DNA of 63,145 nt, filler included, from Globobulimina sp. (taxonomy: Eukaryota), in NCBI GenBank assembly GCA_003354225.1. It is 16 parts of 16 records of this genome, joined end to end, with 100 filler letters (N's around TTAATTAATTAA, not from the genome) between each part and the next. Parts side by side here need not be neighbours in the genome. Positions count along the whole stretch, not along the records: positions 55,351 to 59,198 come from PIVH01001996.1; positions 59,299 to 63,145 come from PIVH01001997.1; 14 more parts are not named here. The stretch is one strand, 5' to 3'. Each line of letters opens with the position of its first letter. Position 1 is the stretch's first letter. Below are positions 56,977 through 63,145 of this stretch, piece after piece. The notes under the pieces are model-generated. The model saw only the letters and a list, made by a program, of their open reading frames with translations, did not search any database and was not told the DNA's origin. The position numbers and the translations under genes were made by a program.

Positions 56977-58855
56977 ATGGGTGCGTTGTTTTCAAAAATG
57001 TGGCACGTTGCCACGAAATCGTTACCAGTGCTGATGTTTATGTGCATAGCCTATATAGCACCACGAATACAGCGTTATTTCAGACGCATTCGCCTAAAAT
57101 ATTTCGCCAAATACCAACCAAAAATCATAATCATAGGTATATTTGTTTCGATATCATATCTTTGTTCACTCCATCATTGGCATACAATTTCCTTAAATAC
57201 ATAAGGCGCAGGTTTCAGTGGTATTTGTTGTGCAATTAAATTGAAAAAAGAATTGGGTTACAATAACTTCATCATATTAGAAAGGCATAAAGAAGTCGGT
57301 GGCACCTGGTACACCAACACCTATCCAGGCTGCGAATGCGATATTCCATCGTATTTATATTCCTATTCATTTGCACAGAAACATAATTGGTCCAAAATGT
57401 ATGCACCGCAGACCGAAATCTTACAATATATTAAAAATGTCGTCGCCAAATATGATATATCATCACATATACAATTTAACGCAAATGCAGATTCGTTGAA
57501 ATATGACGAAGCGAACTGTGAATGGACTGTAAATATCAAAGAATTTGATAATATGCATTCTGATGCAAGACAAATGAAATGCAATCTTGTAATATCATGC
57601 CAAGGTGGCTTGACCTCAACAAATATAAAATATCCATACCCAACAGAAATGTTATCGAAGTATAAAGGTATTTATATGCATTCGGGTCGATGGGATGCAT
57701 CATATTCATGGCAAAATAAAAGAATTGCAGTGGTTGGTAGTGGTACGTCTGCATTACAAATATTACCAATCTTACAAAAACAAGCGAAAAAATTATACGC
57801 ATTTCAACGTTCGCCAACCTATATATTCCCCAAAGTGGATAAAAAAATATCACCTAACATACACACATTGTATTATTATGTGCCTTTCTTTATGCATTTG
57901 CGTAGATTTATGATATATTTGATACTGGAAACATTTGTATACCGATTGTTATTGAAAAAAAATAAATTATTTCAACAACGTGCAATTAAGTTATGGCAGA
58001 AACATAGAGACCATCCAAAATATGGAATTCCAAGCGAGGCAAAATATGATTATATTCGAGATGCAGTCACACCAAAAGGTATATAATTATATAAGTGTTT
58101 TTGTGTGTTTTTATATCGGAGTTATATGGTTTTGTAAAGGTTATACGCCGGGATGTAAGCGTATGAGTATGAAAAATGATTGGTATGTGTTTTTATGTGG
58201 TTTTATAACGGATTTATACGGAGTTTTGTTACCAACAAAAAAAAGGTATCCAGCATTAACAGCATCCAATACGGAGTTTATTGTAAATAGAAAAGAATCG
58301 AAAAATCGTATTGTTGATTTTTATGAACACGGAGTTATATTGGCAGATGGCCGTAAAATTGAACTTGACGCAATTGCGTTTTGTACCGGGTATAATGTGT
58401 CCGATGTCTCTAAGTTTGCGAGTGGTGATGTATATGGTATAAATAATGAAACACTTCGTGCAAAATGGTCAAAATCGTATGGTCCATATTGTTATAAAGG
58501 TGTGTTTGTGTCGGGGTTTCCGAATTTTTTTCTATGTTTAGGACCGGGTTCCGGTGTTGGTAGCAATTCATTTTTAACTTCGATAGAAATTGGCTGTGAT
58601 TATATTATGAAATGTATTGAAGATATGATGATAAATAGTTACAAATCAATTGAAATTAAGAAAAGTGCAGAAACTGAATATAATAAAAAAATGGATGAAA
58701 GAATGAAGGAAATGATCTGGACACAAAGTGAAAGAAGTTGGTATAAATTAGAAAATGGTCGCGTCCATGCATTATTTGGATATTCTATGGCTACGTGGTG
58801 GTGGTACCTAAGAAAGCCATTTTGGGAGCAATTTAATATTGTAAATATAAAATGA
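56977..58855 (+). CDS. Flavin-dependent monooxygenase (Baeyer-Villiger type); introns 57137-57205, 58079-58139, 58183-58245
   Basis: IIGAGFSG after splicing, GGTWYTNTYPGCECDIPS, YKGIYMHSGRWD fingerprint, VVGSGTSALQ, GCKR, CTGY, GFPNFF. Confidence 0.93.
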
Positions 58856-59298
58856 GTGTAAATATATTGTTTATTATTTAATATTTCACATTTTATATGT
58901 TTCCATTCATGAAGTCCGATTTTAAAACACTGTTTTTGTTAAATCATGTGGTTGTGACTACAGTGAATCCTGCAAAGGTTTGGAGAAGATTAAGCAAAAC
59001 ACATTTAAAAAAGGTGTCATTTAAATCTTCCCTTCAAAAATTCCATCAATAAATTGACGGTAAAGTAGGTACAAAGCGACAAAGCGCTGAGAGGAACCGG
59101 AGAGAACATTGCCTTTCCACAAAACAACTAAAAAAAGAAAATACTTTTGGAATAATATACTTTCTAGCACTGATATTGCACAGTTAAACAAGAAAGTGNN
59201 NNNNNNNNNNNNNNNNNNNNNNNNNNNNNNNNNNNNNNNNNNTTAATTAATTAANNNNNNNNNNNNNNNNNNNNNNNNNNNNNNNNNNNNNNNNNNNN

Positions 59299-59665
59299 TT
59301 AAGGATTCGCGCATCACAATTTGTATTTGCTTTTCTGAGAGGTTTTTGCCAGTCACACGCATTAAGTCTAAGACAGCGCCAGCCCCACAATACTCCATTG
59401 CTAGCCAGATGTTGCCGTCTTTGATGTAGGATCCACGGAAGTTTACGATGTATGGGGAACGACACGAACGTAATAATTGGATTTCTTTGTCCATTGAGCC
59501 AGCCTCTACTTCAATGGGCATTATTTTGATGGCAACTAATTCTCCATCACGTTTGTCGAGCGCTTTATATACCATACCATAGGCGCCCTCGCCTAACGGT
59601 TGGATTATGTCAAATATGTCTTCTGGATCTTCTGAGTTTGTTTGTTTCCATGATAACTGACTCAT
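59299..59665 (-). CDS. STE20/MST (Hippo-like) protein kinase, 3'-partial
   Basis: EDPEDIFDI...LGEGAYGMVYKA, VAIK, KEI.LL..C.SPYIV, IWLAMEYCGAG. ATG at 59665. Confidence 0.88.
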
Positions 59666-59826
59666 TTTTGCTGGTGGAAGGACTAAGAAAGTTTTGTCGG
59701 TTAGATATGTCATAAAAACGTTCCTTCTGAAATGAAACTCTGTTAATTTGTACGTCACTTCCATTACATATATACACAACATAACAAGTTCAGTATTTAA
59801 TTACATATTGGACCATATCATTGTGG

Positions 59827-62651
59827 ATGGCAACCCAACCACCAACCGATGAGCCCGGCGCAGACGAAACCATATTTGTCCGTGTATACATAAACAAACA
59901 TTCTGAATTGACAGAAGGCTTTGATCACCACCAAGATGTCTGGAAATTGGCAGAATTGGACAAATCCAAAATTGATCTTGAAAGTTTAAGAAAGGACATA
60001 CCGCTGGCCTTTAGAAATGCAAAATGGATTCAACCATTATTCGAAAACAAACAAGAATATGAATGGAAAATCTTCAGCCACGATCCATCCACAGCTGAGA
60101 TAGAAATGGAAGATGATGATGACTTGGAAACAGATATCATTGCATTTATGAGCAGTGATTCAGATGGATCGTCCGATGGTGACTCAGTTACCAATGAAGA
60201 TAAATACTTAAAATTAAGAGTGGTATTCTTCAAAAAAAGTGTGTTTGCTTCATACATCACATAACATTTATCCTCGCACATAATATATCTTATCCTTGCC
60301 ACAGTTTTTGAAGATGATGATTATAAAAGCGATGGTAATAACACTGACATCAGCCACAATAACAATGAATTTGAAGAACTGAATCCATTCGATTTAATAC
60401 CACCCGAATTGAGTATAAAGCGCATCCGCCATATCTACGTAGCCCAGGAAGAGCGCATGGCTTTATTAGCCGACTTGGAATGGATAATATCCACTGCCAC
60501 ATTGCACTACTATCCATCAAGCAGCTTCACCTTCACCTTCGAAATCAAAGAAAACCTACAATTTCACCAACATGAATACGTGTCGCGCATCACAGACAAC
60601 CAAACGAGTGTTGATTTATCCCCGTTGGAAGTGGACACGCCGTACGAGTTTCAAATTAGAATGTTTGACCCTGAGATGATGCCATTCGTACCACCTTCCC
60701 CATGGAGCAAACCTTTGCATATCCACACCATCAAACCACCAAAAAGATTGCCCACACCCACATACTTACAAGTAACTACCTTATTGCCCGACGTACTGCA
60801 ACTTAGATGGGACCCTGGCTTTGCTGCCCCTACACAAACTGTCATGTATGTCATTAAAGAATACTTACAATACAGTCAACATCCATTCGTAGCACAGTAT
60901 GCATTGCCCACTGGCAAATTATCACCGTTGCAGCCCAATACACGCTATCAAATCACGGTATATACCTCAAGGAATGCCAGGGATTCACCTGAAAGTAAAC
61001 CATTATATATCATGACACCGTCGATACAGTTTGAACAGTTATATCAAAGTAGCAAATGTAAGTCATCTCCGCCAGTTAATATTGAACAGATTGTGGATAA
61101 AAAATACAATGAGATATTATTAATGTGGAGCATACCGCCCAATACATTTGGAAATGTGATATTTTATCAGATATTAGACTTACCACAACGAGATGTGTTC
61201 ACATTGTATGAGTTGCCGTGTCGGATTCCACGGCCAGAGAGGGATATCTATGTACGGATTGTGACCGTTGTGCGGATTAATGTGAATAATGCGGATATTG
61301 AGTTGAAATCTGCAGCAACACGGATTAAATTGAAAGGTGCTCGGGGTCCCACTAAATCGACGAGGAAACATACAGCTTTGCCAAATCAGACAGTAATCGT
61401 TGGTGAGATGGCCATGGTGGATTATAGAGCAGTAATACCCTCCGCGCCTTTTCACGATAATACAATGAGTGGAGAGGCGTCGCATGAATATTCTGATGAG
61501 AAATCACGGCTATCTGACCATATTAATGTGAGTATAGAAGATGATGATGATTTTGTGCTGGAATTACCTCCACTTAAAGCAAAGAAAATTTGTGTGAACA
61601 ATGAGGAATACATTGTTGGACAAAGGTTACTAATCACTCCTTTTTTCAACAAATTAATGAAAATATGGGCAATAATAATCGATGTGCATGAAGACGGCTG
61701 GATTGTGGTTAAATATGTTGATTGGCAGTATAACAATCAGAATACGGAAAAGTTAGATGTAGCAAATGACGGTATTTCTGTCGACGTCCGAAGGAGGTCA
61801 GTGATCAGAAAATGTGATCAGTACATACCAGCCATATCTAATAAGTATTCATGGAAATATAAGAGGATGGAAAGTTGGACCAATGATGAAATAATAAATT
61901 GGATAAAATGTATGAATTTAGATACAGAATACAGTGAGAAAATATTGAGTATCATTGAGATGAATGAGTGTGACGGAGAAGATATCATTGAGTTGCAATG
62001 TTTGGAGGATATTAGTCAAGCTTTTGAAATTACAGATAATTACAGTTTATGTAAAATAATATTGAAACAAATCACAGGTTTTAAGGCTAATTTAAAAGGA
62101 GAAGACGATAGGATTAGGATAAATATTTTGGAAAATGTAGTTTCAAAAACGGATACAATCAAAACAATTAAGAACTTGTATCAAACAGAACGTGGCATTG
62201 ATTTGGAGATTGATCACATTCATTTGAAATATAATAAAGTGGAGTTATGCGATGACAAAACATTGCAAGAATATGGTATTGAAAATGAGAAATATTTGAT
62301 AGAGGTCGAGTTCGATGATGTGTTTGCAATTCACATTTATGCGCAGGGACATAATTTAACATTAAACCAAAAAGTAAGCAAACAATGCAAAATATATGAG
62401 ATTAAGCAAATGTACAAACAGCAGTCGGGTGTTCATGCAAATATGGATGATATTCAATTTTATAAACAAAAGAAATTGCTATATAACAATGTATGTAACC
62501 GTTAATTGTTTTGTATACATTGTAAGTTGCAAACTATTTTGGTTTATATCCACAGACAACATTGCAACTTTGTGGTATTGTTGACGATAAACATTTAATT
62601 ACGGTCAAATTTGAAGCGGACGGTGGTGGCCGTACGTCGTTGAATTGTTGA
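59827..62651 (+). CDS. Multidomain protein: FN3 repeats, SAM-like domain, tandem ubiquitin-like domains; introns 60239-60304 and 62491-62555
   Basis: FN3 LSPLEVDTPYEFQIR and LQPNTRYQITV; SAM WTNDEIINWI...CDGEDI; Ubl DTIKTIK...LCDDKTLQEYGI; spliced end FEADGGGRTSLNC-stop. Confidence 0.75.
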
Positions 62652-63145
62652 AACAATAAATTGTTGTTTGAATATGTTATTTGAGCAACAGTTGGGTTCT
62701 TTGTTTTTATTTTTAATACGCATGAATATAAAAGAAGTGACATAAGTCTCACAAAATAATCTTTTAAAATTCATATGTGCCAAATTATAGCGGATATCCC
62801 TTCGATCTGTAATATCTGTATAAATTATATAAGTATTTTTGTCAATTGTTTTTTGTGACTGTTTGATTATATAAGTATACAAATTAACAGAGTTTCATTT
62901 CAGAAGGAACGTTTTTATGAGCCGATGAAAGGACAAATTATTATTATACCATTAAAATAGATGCAATTTAGTTGTCGGATATTTGAAGCGTTTCTGAGGC
63001 TAAATTTTAGTTACAAACTGGTCACACCTATTACCATTTTCGATACCATCTACCCTTTTTTTTTGTTGAATTTGTAAAAATGTAAATATCTTGATTTCTC
63101 AAAAAGCTTCAAAACCGTAAAAAGTCCAATTTCTCTAAGACTTTA

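Noticed and set aside
3859-59298. Regularly spaced TTAATTAATTAA repeats as a CRISPR-like or biological array
   Set aside because: Always embedded in fixed N-runs; an assembly linker.
1-63145. Prokaryotic operons, CRISPR-Cas, rRNA or giant-virus origin
   Set aside because: No such signatures seen; spliceosomal introns and core eukaryotic genes occur on most contigs.

Overview
This window is not one locus. It is 16 unrelated contigs of about 3.85 kb, sorted by decreasing length (3858 down to 3847 bp) and joined by an artificial 100-nt linker (N44-TTAATTAATTAA-N44). Adjacency therefore means something only within a contig. The DNA comes from an AT-rich, very gene-dense eukaryote with the standard genetic code and short GT-AG introns (mostly 50-100 nt). 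A protist, plausibly a foraminiferan/rhizarian, is my inference from gene content only. Recognisable genes: H2A.X-like histone, Wee1/Myt1, MAPK and MST/STE20 kinases, UTP25, primase large subunit, CLN3, enoyl-CoA hydratase, BVMO/FMO, AlkB-like, GH114, GT90, a CAP protein and a decayed non-LTR retrotransposon. Most interesting: (1) an intron-containing ankyrin protein with a RelA/SpoT-type (alarmone synthetase-like) nucleotidyltransferase domain; (2) a kinase-HAD fusion (RNA-repair type HAD) lying tail-to-tail with a 2H cyclic phosphodiesterase; (3) aberrant tRNA-like elements, one with a 179-nt structured anticodon-loop intron and one lacking the anticodon arm; (4) 33-71 nt intergenic spacers and a recurrent AAAACT motif upstream of start codons. 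All family calls are motif recognition by eye; no searches were run.
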